This document shows, one piece after another, positions 12,287 through 31,600 of a DNA stretch of 64,000 nt (positions are counted from its first letter, which is position 1; the number at the start of each line of letters is the position of its first letter). A program made the position numbers and the translations under genes. The notes below the pieces were generated by a model. That model did not search any database. It had not been told where the DNA came from and worked only from the letters and a program-made list of their open reading frames with translations. The stretch is from Tubulanus polymorphus (Eukaryota; Animalia; Nemertea): positions 14,868,275 through 14,932,274 of the forward strand of contig NC_134032.1 of assembly GCF_964204645.1 (NCBI RefSeq), read 5' to 3'.

Positions 12287-13932
12287 ATTCAAACAGACAC
12301 CCGCGATAAATACTAAACAACTGAACTGTGAACCACAACCAAAAAACTGCGCCTTTTCACACAGACCGATACGATCAGCTTTACAAATCAGAAAACTGAG
12401 TTGGTTTTTATATAATGATTTCATTTCCTTGTTTCAATCTTGAAAACGATAAGGATAATTGTCACTCATTATTTATAATCATTCTTTGGCTATGTAAATA
12501 TCACTATTTAGAGAACTATTAAGGATTATTGTCTCTCCATCATCACACTCAGTGTAACACAAATAGATAAAGCCAAAATACCACATAAACAGGATCTTCC
12601 TTATATACCTTTGATAAAACCAATAGTCGATAAATTATCAACACATTGAACTAAAGAAAACTTCATTTTTGATGATGGATTAATTTCCTTAATTACCTCT
12701 CTGATTTATTGATAATTATCCGCCCATCAAGAAACACTGACACTGGTGCTGCGGGATATTGATTTATAAACTGATAAAATTAATAGACGACGAATATTCA
12801 AATATTTGAACTATACAAAACTGCATTTTAGATAATAGTTTAATTTTCTTAATTATCTCTCTGATTTATAGTATAATAGGGATCTGCCCATCGGGAAACC
12901 CTGACAATGCTGATGCGGGATATTGATATAAACTGATAAATCAAACTATGAATAAAACCATTTTTTGTAAAAAGTAATAATTTTACGAATTCGCAATCAT
13001 CACTTGTCAATCTCACAATATAAAACAAGGTTACAATAATCAAAACACCGAACATTCGGTTTTCGACTCTTAATCTGGCGGGGCTTCAATAAACTCAGGG
13101 ACCCACCTATAAAAGAAAAAAAAACATATTTTTTATGAACGAATCTTTGTTGATGGATTCCTGCTATTGTAATAAGCCATTGTGGAGCTTTGCTACAGGC
13201 GGTGGGGTTAACCTACGTCGGTTTTGTTATTGAGACAGCAATCACTGGAATACAGTTCATTTCAATTGATTAATTCATTAATTTTATCTATTTATTTAAT
13301 TAATCAATTAACTTATGTTTATTGTGTTTGAATTAATATTACATAATTGTGACAAGGATAACAAAATGAGAAAGAGAACAGATATACATAACTGTTATAA
13401 CAAGACTTCGAGTAGCAACTAACATTTACTGATTTCACATGTACAAAAGGTGAAAGGTTATGATCGATAGGATTATACGGGTCCGGCGAACAGGGATGTT
13501 ACCACACTATACCGTAAGGTGCTGCCGCTATGTTCAACTATAGCGGAAATTTCAAACACTAACTTGCATTAACTTAGGCAATCGAGTGTTCTGCATCACT
13601 ATACCGTACGGTGCTGCCTCTCTACTCCTCGTTAGCGGAAATTTCAAACACTACGTGAATCGACTCTGGCACGTGTTCATAGATAAACTCGATCTACGCC
13701 TCGAGTTGAGGCTACGTTTGACATTTTCATACATCGATTACTCATAAATCATCTTCCAAATCAAACTGATTCTAAAATGTATAACCACAGATAACGGAAT
13801 CTTCTAACTCACATGCCGGGGCTGAATTCATGTCAATAAATAAGAATTGAATTGAATATTCGGTAAACAATGACGCAGGCATTTGTTATTTGAAGGTCGT
13901 CGCGCGAGTGGGAAATTTGGACAACAAATAAA

Positions 13933-19402
<5,470 letters not shown>

Positions 19403-20050
19403 CACCCCCTCCTCCCCTCCTCCCCCACTCTGCTTACCTTAACTGTGATCTAATGTGTTATAAATGACAAATTTTCTACATTTGTAACTACGAAAAATAA
19501 TCCAAAATAAATAAAAATAAATTATCTCCATAAATTAAAACTGAAACTGAATTTAGTTTAATTCGTTATTTATTAATCGACTTATTTCATGATGAGGACG
19601 ATACAAGAATTTTTTACATTCGAAAAATTCGACGAAGATTTTTACAAAGATGCCCGTAATTATAAATGATATTATTGGTGACCGATTTTCGGGGGGAGGA
19701 GGGCGGCGAGTTTCTTTTACAATAATGTGTTTTTCGCGATAAGGATTTATGTACAAGAGTGATATATATCAACAGCATAGGATACGTATTAGATACAACA
19801 GTAGACATCGGCGCTCGAGTTGGATCAGTTCAACAATTTTCGTGGTTTCAAAAAGGTCTGATTTGTGCAGATTGTTGCGTTATTGGAGAAGGATAGTTGA
19901 CTATTTTGTTTATGTGGGTCTGAGAATCTCTTTGACGAGCAGAGTCCACTAGTATACCCGTATAATCCTAGCCTTTCGTTTGAAGCTACCCATCCAAACC
20001 TGGATTATGCAAAATTATGCAAAAGTCAGGACTGCTAATTAAGGCATATA

Positions 20051-20272
20051 AGGCCAAAAAAAATTGATACCTTGTTTCTCCGCTCTGCTGAGCTTAAATG
20101 TTGACCCGGCCGGCCGCCTATCTACCCTATACATTACTTTTTTAAAAATCGTGATCAATTTCACCATAACAGACCCTACCGCTATAGAAATGAACTGTTT
20201 ATAAATTTTATCATATTTTACAAAAATGACCCGACCGCTGCGGAGAAACAAGGTATCATTTTTGTTTAGCCT
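20051..20272. mobile_element. MITE
   Basis: TIR AGGCCAAAAAAAATTGATACCTTGTTTCTCCGC / GCGGAGAAACAAGGTATCATTTTTGTTTAGCCT. Confidence 0.75.
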
Positions 20273-20273
20273 A

Positions 20274-20438
20274 AGGGATCATTCATTAATTACGTACGCA
20301 TAAAATTTGAATTTTTCAACCCCCCTCCCCCTCTGTACGCAAAATCGGCCATTTTTCATATACATTAAGCATTACAGTACGCAATTTCACTGACTCCTCC
20401 CCCTCCCCTAATGCGTACGTAATAAATGAATGACCCCT
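20274..20438. mobile_element. Harbinger-like MITE flanked by TAA (second copy ~41449-41601)
   Basis: TIR AGGGATCATTCATTAATTACGTACGCA / TGCGTACGTAATAAATGAATGACCCCT. Confidence 0.8.
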
Positions 20439-20681
20439 AAGCAATTTTTGGAAAATTCAAATTTTACAATTCCTCCGAATTACTTTCTACCAAAGATGTT
20501 TTCATTCGCCTCTAAATTTATATCAATCTAATTACGTTGAATAACTTTCGTAAACTTTATAAACACAAACAGACAATTAAAACTTTAAACTTTGTATTCT
20601 ATTAATAGCATCATTCTAACAGAAATAGCTAATGTTTCGCATCATTAAATAACGCAACCTTTCATGAACTTATCATTAAGA

Positions 20682-20885
20682 CAAAAACCCACTATCTACG
20701 GATTAAAAGAATTTAAAAACAAGAATTTATTTATTCAATCTAAAATATATATAAGATACGACGTTGACACCTGACGATGATCTCTAGGGTGAGATCGAAA
20801 CGTCGTGTCTTTTAAATATTTTAGATTTAATAAATAAATTCTGGTTTTTAAATTCTTTTAATCTGTAGATAGTGGGTTTTTATCT
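20682..20885. mobile_element. Inverted-repeat remnant of a putative Penelope-like element enclosing the hammerhead
   Basis: About 65-bp inverted arms AAAAACCCACTATCTAC...AAAATAT / ATATTTT...GTAGATAGTGGGTTTTT. Confidence 0.6.
20766..20809 (+). ncRNA. Minimal type-I hammerhead ribozyme (Penelope-like-element type)
   Basis: GACAC-CTGACGA-t-GATCTC(tagggt)GAGATC-GAAA-CGTC^-GTGTC: perfect stems I and II, intact core, GUC cleavage triplet, ACGT palindrome in place of stem III. Confidence 0.85.
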
Positions 20886-21409
20886 TATTATCCGTTCACC
20901 ACGTTTGAGTGAACAGGATATCGTTCTATAACTTATCATTGTTAATCAGTCATTAACACATTCAGAATCTTACTAAGCGAGAAACAAAATCTATATGTCT
21001 GAGTCACAGGCATATTTAACATGTCACAGGTGGTCAGTTGACCTAGGGGTGAACTGTGATTGGCTGCAAGGTTTGCATTTGCATGTCACAGGTGGTCAGC
21101 TGACCTAAGGTTCAGGGTTATGATTGGCTGGCTAGAGTTGAATTGGTTTTGATGTTGCTGACCTAGGGTTGAGTTGATTGGCTGGCTAGGGTTACATGTG
21201 TAAGGCCACATGTATGTGACAGGTGATTTGTGATCATGAATACTACTCACACAGTTACCTGTCCCATTAATGTAGTGTATATTTAGTGTAAAAGCTGAGC
21301 TGAGTTCACTGGTGTTTTCTTTTCCAGTAAATAAAACAAAATTTTAAAATGAAGTAGAATCCACTGCTTGAAGTAGAACTTTCTAAACTGAAGAAAATAC
21401 TCCAGATTT

Positions 21410-21830
21410 TGTCAGTATTTGACACCAACTTTGGATAGAATTTTACCAGTCTCAACTTTAAGAGACAGAGTTAACTGTATTTCACAAACTCTTACTCAGT
21501 ATTTAACACCAACTCGGGGTAGAATTTCACCAGTCTCAACTTTACCGCAGTAAGAGACAGAGTCTACTGTATATCACAAACTCTTACTCAGTATCTGACA
21601 CCAACTCGGTGTAGAATTTTACCGGTCTCAACTTTACCGCAGTAAGAGACAGAGTCTACTGTATTTCACAAACTCATACTCAGTATTTGACACCAAATCG
21701 GGGTAGAATTTTACCAGTCTCAACTTTACCGCAGTAAGAGACAGAGTCTACTGTATTTCACAAACTCTTCCTCAGTATTTAACACCAACTCGGGGTAGAA
21801 TTTTACCAACTTTACCGCAGTAGGAGACTG
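21410..21830. repeat. 92-bp tandem repeat (same family as 42540-43070)
   Basis: CAGTATTT recurs at 92-bp spacing. Confidence 0.9.
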
Positions 21831-22082
21831 CTATAGTCCATCCACTATCTCACATTTTGGTATAGGGGTTATCTATTTTACACATAGTATGACATACATA
21901 GGAATGTTATATTGCTTGGAATAATTTGAGAAGAAGTTTTGTACACACAATTCTGACAATGGAATTGAAGCTAACAGTTTTATTTGAAAGGCACTCACTT
22001 TATTGAGCCATGAATAGTTATATATATATATAAAATGCCATCAATTCAAGTATTAATCTGCAGCCTCAGGTCCTGGGACTCT

Positions 22083-22221
22083 GGTTCCAGTTCCATAGTT
22101 CTGAGTTAAGTCCAAAAGTGGTCTTAAATGTTGAGACTGGTCTTAGATTTTTAGATTGGCTATAGAACAAAGTTAGTCTTCGACTGGTCTTAAGTCTAAG
22201 CCATGACTATGCAACCGGCCC
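22083..22221. mobile_element. Harbinger-like MITE
   Basis: Reverse-orientation copy of the 63814-63951 element, flanked by CTG. Confidence 0.75.
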
Positions 22222-22648
22222 CTGGACACTAAAGCCCTGGGGCACATTGCTCATTGATAGTCACAATGAACTTTAAGTTGTCGCTACTATCCACTGGTTA
22301 TCTTGAACCAACTGGTTAACTCTAAACAACTTTTGAGCAACTGCATCTCCTACTGTTGAATATTTTACCAGTACTTTTTGTCTAAGGGAGGGAGTGGGTT
22401 GCGGGTGAAGGATGGGTGGTGGTGTCAGTAGCTGAAGGCTGCAGTTTAATACCTGCGTGAGGTCAGACTCCCTCCTCACACTCTCTACACTCCGTTCTCA
22501 GTTCATAAATTCGTAATTTGATTTTAAGCACAATTTTTTTTTCGTTAATACATCTCAACGATAATACACGGTGGCGCCCTCGCGCACAGCACATTTCAAC
22601 TCTCGGACTAGTAGTAGTATTCCACATCACCAGTAGGTGGCGTCGTTG

Positions 22649-25600
22649 TTATTTCGTGGCGCTCAGCGGATCGTCGAATATACTCGGAGCGTCGAAGATC
22701 GATGTTTCCGGGGTCGACGATGAATCGGACGCCGCCGCCGGTGATTTCTTTGATGATTTTTTCGTCGTCGCCGCGGTGGCGCCCCCAGTTTTTTTCGTTT
22801 TCGACTTTGTCGTCGACGGCGATGAGAAAATATCATCTGAAAATAATAACAATTGAACATAATCTAATAGGGGCGGCACTTCTTTCCACTTGACTTGCTT
22901 TTTCCCCCAACTATTGTCTGACATGTATCCGTTGCTTCCCAAGTCAGTAACCTGTCTGTGGTTTAGTTTCACGATCGGATATTTCACAAACAACGTATCT
23001 ATTGGTATAAGCCCATCCGATTATAAAAAGCTTACCACTAATGATTAGGTAACTAACTATTGCTTTCCCCCATTTGATACGCTTAGAATCCAATCAATTC
23101 ACACAGTCGTTAGACATGATAGACATGATTGTAGTTAAAAAATATGAGATAACTTATTTAGATAACTAATTACTAATTACATCGATACACTTCTTCTAGC
23201 AAAGTCCATCAATTTAACCCTTTCAGTGCTGGCTAATTAATACCCTATAGTGCTGAAGATAATTTGAAAATTTTGAAAAATTCCACCCTAGTGTGTTGAA
23301 TAACGGGAATACCACTATAGTGCGTCTACACCGCGGTGCAGTGTATCGTTAGTTACTAATATTTCACTATGTTTGACAGGTGCTGCCATCTTTCAAGAGA
23401 GATATTTCGTAATTACTAATTACATCAATACACCGCATTGCGGCGTACTAGCAAAATCAATCACCGATTTATACACCGCACTGCGGTGTAGACGCACTGA
23501 AAGGGTTAAAAGGCGGCCACTTTTATTTGACTTGCTTCTATGCTGACAATTCCCTGACAATGTATCTTATTGTTTTCCCTGATTTGATCTGCTAAGCAAT
23601 CAACGCAGTCAAATACGTTTAAACAAAAACCGTTTGATTTTTTAGCACAATCTCGACAAAATTCCCCGACTTTTTTTTAAAGAATAGAAATTTCCCTGAT
23701 TTCCAGGTGAGTAGTGGCCACCTCATCTGCTCGTTACCACGGTAACGACCGGTACTAACCGATATCGTCGTCTTTGAATATTGATTTAGTGGCAGACGTC
23801 GCCGTTTTCTTTTTCGGTTTTTTGTCGACGTTCGATATTTTCGGAACGTCGGCGAAAATGTCGGTGTCGTCCGCGAACAACGAATCGTCCGTCACTTTCT
23901 TCTGTCGCTTCGATTTAGATTTAGTCGTCGTCGTGGCAACGGCCTTGAAATGATCTTCGTCCTGAAAATGATTAGTCGAATATTTTTGTTGAAATCGAAA
24001 AGAAACCGACGGCTCAATCTGGGCGAAATAACGCGGCCACATTTAGTAAAAGCTAAACCGTAAGTAAACTTACCCCAAATATGTCAGGTTCTACAGATGT
24101 AGCTGCTGGTTGTACAGATGCGGCTGCAGGTTGTACAGATGCGGCTGCAGGTGCTACTGATGGTAAAACAGGTGCTGTTTGTTTATTGTTAGATTCTGGT
24201 GATTCAGCTGTAAATTGAATACGATATAAGTTATAGCCAATCACAGGTTTTGACCGCTACTGCTGACATACTATTTTTTGTACACAGTTCCTCCAGGAGA
24301 TTTACGTAAACTCAAGGAGGAGTTTTACTGTAAACTCAGGGAGGAGTTTTACCGCAAACTCAAGGAGTTTTACTGTAAACTCAAGGAGGAGTTTTACTGT
24401 AGGAGATTTACCGTCAACTTGAGAAGGAATTTACCATTAACTTGAAGAAATTTACTGTAAACCCAAGGAGATTTACTGTTGGCCTAAGGAGATTACCGCA
24501 AACCCAAGGAGGAAATTTACCGTTAACTCAAAGAGGAGTTTACCATTAACTGGAGGAGTTTACCATTAACTGGAGGAGTTTAGCATTAACTGGAGGAGTT
24601 TAGCATTAACTGGAGGAGTTTACCATTAACTGGAGGAGTTTACCAAGGAGGAGTTTATTACTTACTCTTCGATATTAAACTCGGTAAATCTTTTTCAACT
24701 TTTGCTTTTCTTTCTTCTCGTTCTTTCACGAATTCGGGAGCGAATAAATCCTCGCTCTCCGGCGACATGATTCGATCCGATTCGTCGCTGAAAATTCCCG
24801 GAGATTCAGCGTCGAGGAAACGACTCTTTTTAGACGACGACGAACTACTGGCGCCCCCTGTCCCGAAAATATCGCTATCGTCGTCGTCGAATATCGAAGA
24901 CGACGTTGATTTCGTTTTAGCCGGAGTCCCGAATAAATCCGTCGGTTTTTTAACCTCCGTCGATATCTTAACAATCGGAGGAGCTGCCGCGGTATCCAAC
25001 GGCGACGCGTCGGATTTAATAGCAGTCTTACTCGTCGTCGTCGTCGTGGAAACAACGTCGCCGAAAATATCGTTTGAAATTTTATTTTCGGAAGAATTTG
25101 AATTCGGTGTTCGCTCCTCGACGGAGGAACCGTTCAATAAATCCGAATTTGAATTAGTTGTTTTATCCGTATTCCAAATATCGGCGTCGTTGCCGAGGCC
25201 GAGGTCGTCGTTTCCGAACATATCGTGACTCGGCGTCGGAACGTGTCTCGTGGTGGCACCACCATCGGTAGTTTGATTGTTCGTCGTTCGATCACTAGGT
25301 GGCGTACTGCTGGATGGAATGGAATCGGTAACGTCGGAGTTCTGGTTACGTCTGCTCGTCGCCCTTGACGGTAGACGACGTTTATTCTGTACTTTCGCTC
25401 GACCCTGAAACCAAATTCATAAAATAAAATCAGCTTCAAGTTAGATTCAAGTCCAAAGATTTCCTTTCACTTCCAATGACACAAAACAAGGTGGCGCCAA
25501 TTTTGTTTGATTTGACTTTTACCCGACTATTTCCTGAAATGCACATTGTTTTTTTCCCCTGATTTGATCTACACAGTCAAATATATAAAACATAGACGGA

Positions 25601-28600
25601 AACTGTTTGAAATTGATTGTAGTTAAAGAATATGAGATAACTAATTGAGATAACTAATTGAGATAACTAATTTAGATAACTTATTATTACTAATTTTTAA
25701 CTACAAGAAATTACTAATTACATCGATACACTACATCTAGCAAATTCCATCATCAATTTACAAGGTCGCCACTTTTATTTGACTAACTTTTCCCCCCGAC
25801 TATTCCCCTGACATACACGTTTTCCCTGACTTGATCAGCTAAGAATCCAATCAATAAACACAGTAAATGTAAGACATTGACGGAAACTGTTTTTAACTGA
25901 TTTTCACATTGTTTTCCCTGACTTGATCTGCTAAGAATCCAATCGATTACCCAAACACAGTCAAATACGTAAGACAAAGACGGAGACTGTTTGATTTTAC
26001 GCATGATCTACCAATCTCAACAAATCTCCCTGACTTTTAGCTTTTTGTTACAAAATTTCCTGACTTTTTTTAGAAAAGAAAATTCCCTGACTTTTCCGTG
26101 ATTTCCAGGTAAGTGGCGCCCCCTGTTAAACTGTAGGGTCCAACAGAGAACTGTTGAACTCAGTTTGTGGCGGTCGTTACCTTGTTAGCACTACTGAGCG
26201 GTTTAACGTTCGCTGGTTGCTCAAACGATATCCCGTCCTCCGTGGGCGTTCTCATAGGTGGCGCTGCACCCGGTAGTAGAGCAGACGGATTTATACTCAA
26301 ACCGGACTGCGCACAAAAAACAAAACAAAATTGTTTAAGGTTTAATTTCCGAAAAACTATTTATAATGTAATCGAAATTCTTAACAACGCTAACCTGCAA
26401 CTGTTTGATAGGTGAAGTGCCGTTGAGTTGTTTCTCTTGTTTGCCAGTAGGAGGCGTTGGTGTGAACAGTTCCCCGCCATCGTCACCTGTAGATTCGTTG
26501 AGTAACGAACGACCACCAGTAGGGGGCGCCGTCGGTTTAGGAGCAGACGCGAATAAATCATTCTCGTCGTCTGCCGGAGTCGATTCTCCGAATAAAGGAT
26601 CGTATTTCGGTTTGGAAATCTCCGGTAGCGGAGGATCGCTCGGAGGTCTCGGTTTCTCCGGACTGGGAGTGGACTTCAGACCGGATCTCACGGCGAACGG
26701 ATCGATTCCTCCGAACATCGAGACTCCTCCAATCGGTTTCTTCGATCTCGTCGTTGTCATCGTTTCTACTGGCGACTACAATGAAATAATTTCAAAATTC
26801 CGTAAGTTATTACCACGGTTACCGCAGATCGAGTGAGGATTCAACGATTGAATTTTCATCGGATTCGTAGCGAATCTGTAAACTTTGTCAGTTATTACCA
26901 CGGTTACCATAATTTGAATTCAACTGTTGAAATCTTTACCTCATCCTTTTTAGAATCGGTCGTAGATGATGAACTAGTAACTCCCTCTATATTAACGTCG
27001 GTCGTCGCGAGAAAATTCGGTCGAATTGCCGCGGCTGGTTTCCGCTCTGAAGCGAAGAGGCCGTCATCCTCATCTTTATCATCATCACCACCGAAAAGAT
27101 CGGTACTACTCGATTTAACAGTTACCCCGGCAACAGTAGCAGACGTATTATTAACGACGACCGAAGACTTAGGTTGCGCCAGAGATGGTGGAGGCTTCTC
27201 CTTAAAAATAGATTCATTAATAGAGTATGAAAATCCACTTGTGGCAAGTGAAGATCCACCAGATGTCACTAATGTGCAGTAGGACATCAACTACTGCAGT
27301 AATTGAGGATTCCACTTGTGGCAAGTGAGGATCCACTTGGTGGTCACTAGTTGTCTGTAAACACTGACTGTGACACCACCTGGTGTTGAATTACGACACT
27401 AACCGTAGTCGGTGAATTCAGCGGACTCGACGCTCCGAACAGATCGACAGACGGATTGTCGTCGACTGCCGGCTTCGAGAATAAAATATCGTCATCGGCA
27501 TCGTCGAAAAGACTTTTACTTCCTGTTCGCTTCTTTTCCGTCGACTGAAAGAAAAGTTAAAACGATTTCGAAAAATTCACATGAAAATAAATCTATTCCG
27601 GCGATCACCGCCAGAAACCAGCGAGGCGATCACCGGGGGGACACTGACCTGATTTTTCGCTTCTGGTTTTTTCGCCGGTTTCGTCGATGGGGCAACCGTC
27701 GCCGTGGAACCGAACAAATCGTCGTCGTCATCGTCGTCGAACAGCGATAATGTCGTTTTCCTACTAGGTGGCGCCGCTGCTGCTTTACTGGAAGCATTCG
27801 GCGTTGTTGATTTTTTTTCGTCCTTGACGGACGTCGATGAAAATAAATCAACGCTATCCTCGAATAAACTTGATTTACCAGCAGACGCAGGAGCAGCAGA
27901 TGGACTCGATATTGTCCGCTCGTTGTTAGGCGCTTGTTTTTTAGCGGCCGTCGTCGAGAAGAAATCATCGTCGTCGGCGAATAAAATGCTGCTGCCGCGT
28001 GATTTACCAACGTCTTTAGCGGCGGATGGTTTTGTAGTCACGGCGCCGAACAGGTCGTCACCGGCGATGTCGTCTTCTTCGTCGAATAAACCACCTCCGA
28101 ATTTCGGTTTCGGTTTCCTGCAAATTTTTCATCAGTTAAAAATATTTAAATTTGAATGAATCTGAATGGTTTTAGATGTAGGGATGGTTTGGTTGACGAA
28201 ATTAAACCTGGTGGTGGTTGATGGAATTAAACCTGGTGGTGGTTGATGGAATTAAACCTGGTGGTGGTTGACCGAATTAAACCTGGTTTACCTGTCTATT
28301 TTTTGTTCCTCCGGTTCCTCGGAGAATAAACTGTTGCTCGATTGCGACGAACTGCGTTCAACCTTCGAAGAGCCACGAGCAGACGAACTTTTCGATTCGC
28401 TCCGATCATCGTCGTCGGATACATCGTCATCGTCGGATCGCGGCGGCGGTGGATGATGCTTCGCCAAGATGGCCGCCGTAAGAGGGTTGCCAGCGTTACC
28501 GAATATAGACACCCCGCCGATCGGAGCCTAAAACAAACGACAAAAAACGAAATGAAAACAAAATTCAGTGAGAAAAATTTCCATTTTTCTAAGCAATGAA

Positions 28601-31600
28601 AAAATACAGACTTTTCCTTTTTTAGATTCGGCCTTCTTCGTTTCCTCCTTTCTATTCAAAGCAGACGCAGCGAACATGTCCTCCTCATCGTCATCAAGGA
28701 AACTTCCACTAGAGGGCGCTGGTTTACCTAAGATGACATTCCGTTACTTCATATGCATAATTCATCAAAAACCTCGAATTCAAATTTTCTCTCACTTACC
28801 GCTAGTTTTATTCGGTTTTGCTGTTGCCATGGCAGCGAACAGACCGTTGTCATCTTCATCATCGTCGTCGAACAACCCGCCACCGCGAGAGGGCGCCACC
28901 GGTTTCTTTGTCGTCTGCTGCTGTGGTTTATCATCTGGAGGTGAGTTTTTAAATAGTTCACTATCGCCCCCTATAAAACATTGAAAAAGGAATTCTAGGT
29001 CATGGATTTATCTTTCTCTTCTCAGGGTGGCCGAGGAGGGGGTATTTATTTTCGGGGGGTTTAATGCTAAGCGGAGGATGTTCTAGAAGAGAGTGTTATC
29101 TATTTATTTTACCTGCGAAGATTGACACGCCACCTGTTGGCACTTTTTTCCCGCTGTACGTTCGGTCTCTGTTGGTCTCTGTAATACGGAGCAACGATTG
29201 CACTTTTTACGACGAAGAAACTTCGACACAAATTACGATTTCATGATTTCCGAATCGAGATTTTCTCGTTACCTTTTTCGCCATGATTTTCATCTTCGGA
29301 TGAATTGTGATCGTCGTTATCGGCGACGGACGTCGTCATCGGTTTTTTAGATTTAATCGCCGCGGATTCATCATCATCGTAGACATCATCGAACAGACCT
29401 CCCTAAAAACAAAACACGTACATTATGAATCGTATTTGCCCTCACTGTAACACTGTCGGCGACGAATCCCATTTTCTTTTTTATTGTAAACTGCAGGATA
29501 ACTTAAGAACTAAATATGATATTGTAAATCTAAACCTAGACACTTTTACTTTTCTTTCGGCCTTTACTAATCCCAATAAACCAATCTTCTTAAATATCGC
29601 GAAATCTATATGTTAGACATTGTATTACTTCTCTCTCTCCTTTTATTATTTTTCTTTTAGTGCACATGTTTTTTTTGTTTTTTTGTCTGTTTGTTGTTGT
29701 TATTGTTGTTTTTCTTCATTTACAATCTTATACTTTGGATTTATGATGAATAAATTAAAATTGAAATTGAATTATGATTGTCGGAGAATGTGAAACGCAG
29801 CAGACGCTCTCCAGGGGGAGACACTACCTTAGGGTCGTCGAAGAGACCACCGCCTCCCGAAAACAATCCCATCTGATCTTCAGGTTCCTCGGCCGGCGCT
29901 CCAAATAAATCTGTCATAAACAAATCAATATTGATTATAGAAATGACCACTAGGTGTCACTGAAGCGACCACTAGGTGTCACTGTCATACCTTCGTCTTC
30001 CTGCTGCTGTTGTTTCTGCTGTTTCTTGCTGCCTTTGTTACCATGGTGATGATGATGATGGTGTCGATGTTTTTTACTGCCGTGACTCGTTCCCGATTCG
30101 GTACGTTTACGCGGTGGCGCCCTCTTTTGTTCGGTTCCTTCATCGTCTGCTTCCTCTTCCTCTTCTTCGTCATTCGCTGCTGCTGATGGTGGCGCCACCG
30201 CGGCTCCGAGTCTTCTTGCTAATTCGTCCTGGAAGCCGCCCGTAGGTGGCACTTTCTGCAAGAAGTGGATTCGAGGCGAAATTATAAAAACGTTTTGGTA
30301 GAATTTCTTAATTTTTCGAGACGATTTTTTGAAAATTTACTTTTTTCTCCTCATTTTCGATGAATAATTCAGATTCTGATTCTTCTTCATTCGATTCTTT
30401 GCCGAACAAATCTTCTTTATCGCTCTATAGAATAACAAGCGCCATCTATTGAGCACTGTATTCAACGGATGAATTTCTCTCGTATGGAAGTTTTTTTTTT
30501 TTAAACGTTACCTGATTATTATCGTCGCTGCCAGATTTTGCGTCACTCGATGAACTCGAATACGACTGCAACAAAAATTTTTATCAGAATTTTTTCAGGA
30601 ATTTCTGTATTCGTTTAGATTTAGGTTTGGTATAGATCAGGGACCTTTCACCAAGAATATCCTGATTAAATCATCACCAGCAAGAACAACGAGACATCAA
30701 AAATTCAAATTCCCTGATTAAATGATAAGATATCCTCAGTGAGGGCTGTTTCTTATCAAGAGGTTCCTTGTGACACTCGTCACCAGCAAGAACAACGAGA
30801 CACCAAAAATTCAAATTCCCTGATTGATTATAAGATATTCTCAGTGAGGGCTGTTTCTTATCAAGTGGTTCTTTGTGCCACTGGTCACCAGCAAGAATTC
30901 AAATTCCCTGATAAAGTTACGAGATATCCTCAGTGAGGGACGTTTCTTATCAAGAGGTTCCTTGTGACACTCATCACCAACAAGAACAACTAGACACCAA
31001 AAATCCAAATTCCCTTATTTTCTCTGGATTAACCTGATCAGCATGAACCCTGCTTTCCACAGCTCAGTCGGAGCCTTTAATTTTAAAGTCTAAGATCATT
31101 TCTTATTGTTCCCTCGCTCAACCAGGTAGTCGTCGTACAGATTGTTCTCGGTTTACCTCAGTTTCTGATCCCGATTCAGATCCCGATTCATCGCTGAATT
31201 TTACTTCATCTTCGGATTCGACGCTTCCAGCTTCTGATTCAGTTTCTTCTTCATCTTCTGATAATGGAAAATCAGATATAATTGAAATATCGATCGAGTT
31301 TCCAGGAGAAACTTGTGAAATATATATTCTTACCGGAATACTCCTTAAGTCCGACCGTGTCGTCCTGGTGAAAAGCTGGGGTTCCTATTATATGCGGCAG
31401 AGCTCTGCTTGAATACGGGTCCTAAAAATAACCCCCCCAAAAAAATTTACTTTCATAAAAATCTTTTTTTCAAACATTCAATTTCGAAAATATGTTTCGA
31501 TCTAAAAATTGGGGAAAACATTTTTCGGAAATGAAAAGAAAAATTATTTCGACGAAAAATTAGCTGACCTTGACTCTCATAATCGGCTCGACTCGTTCCC

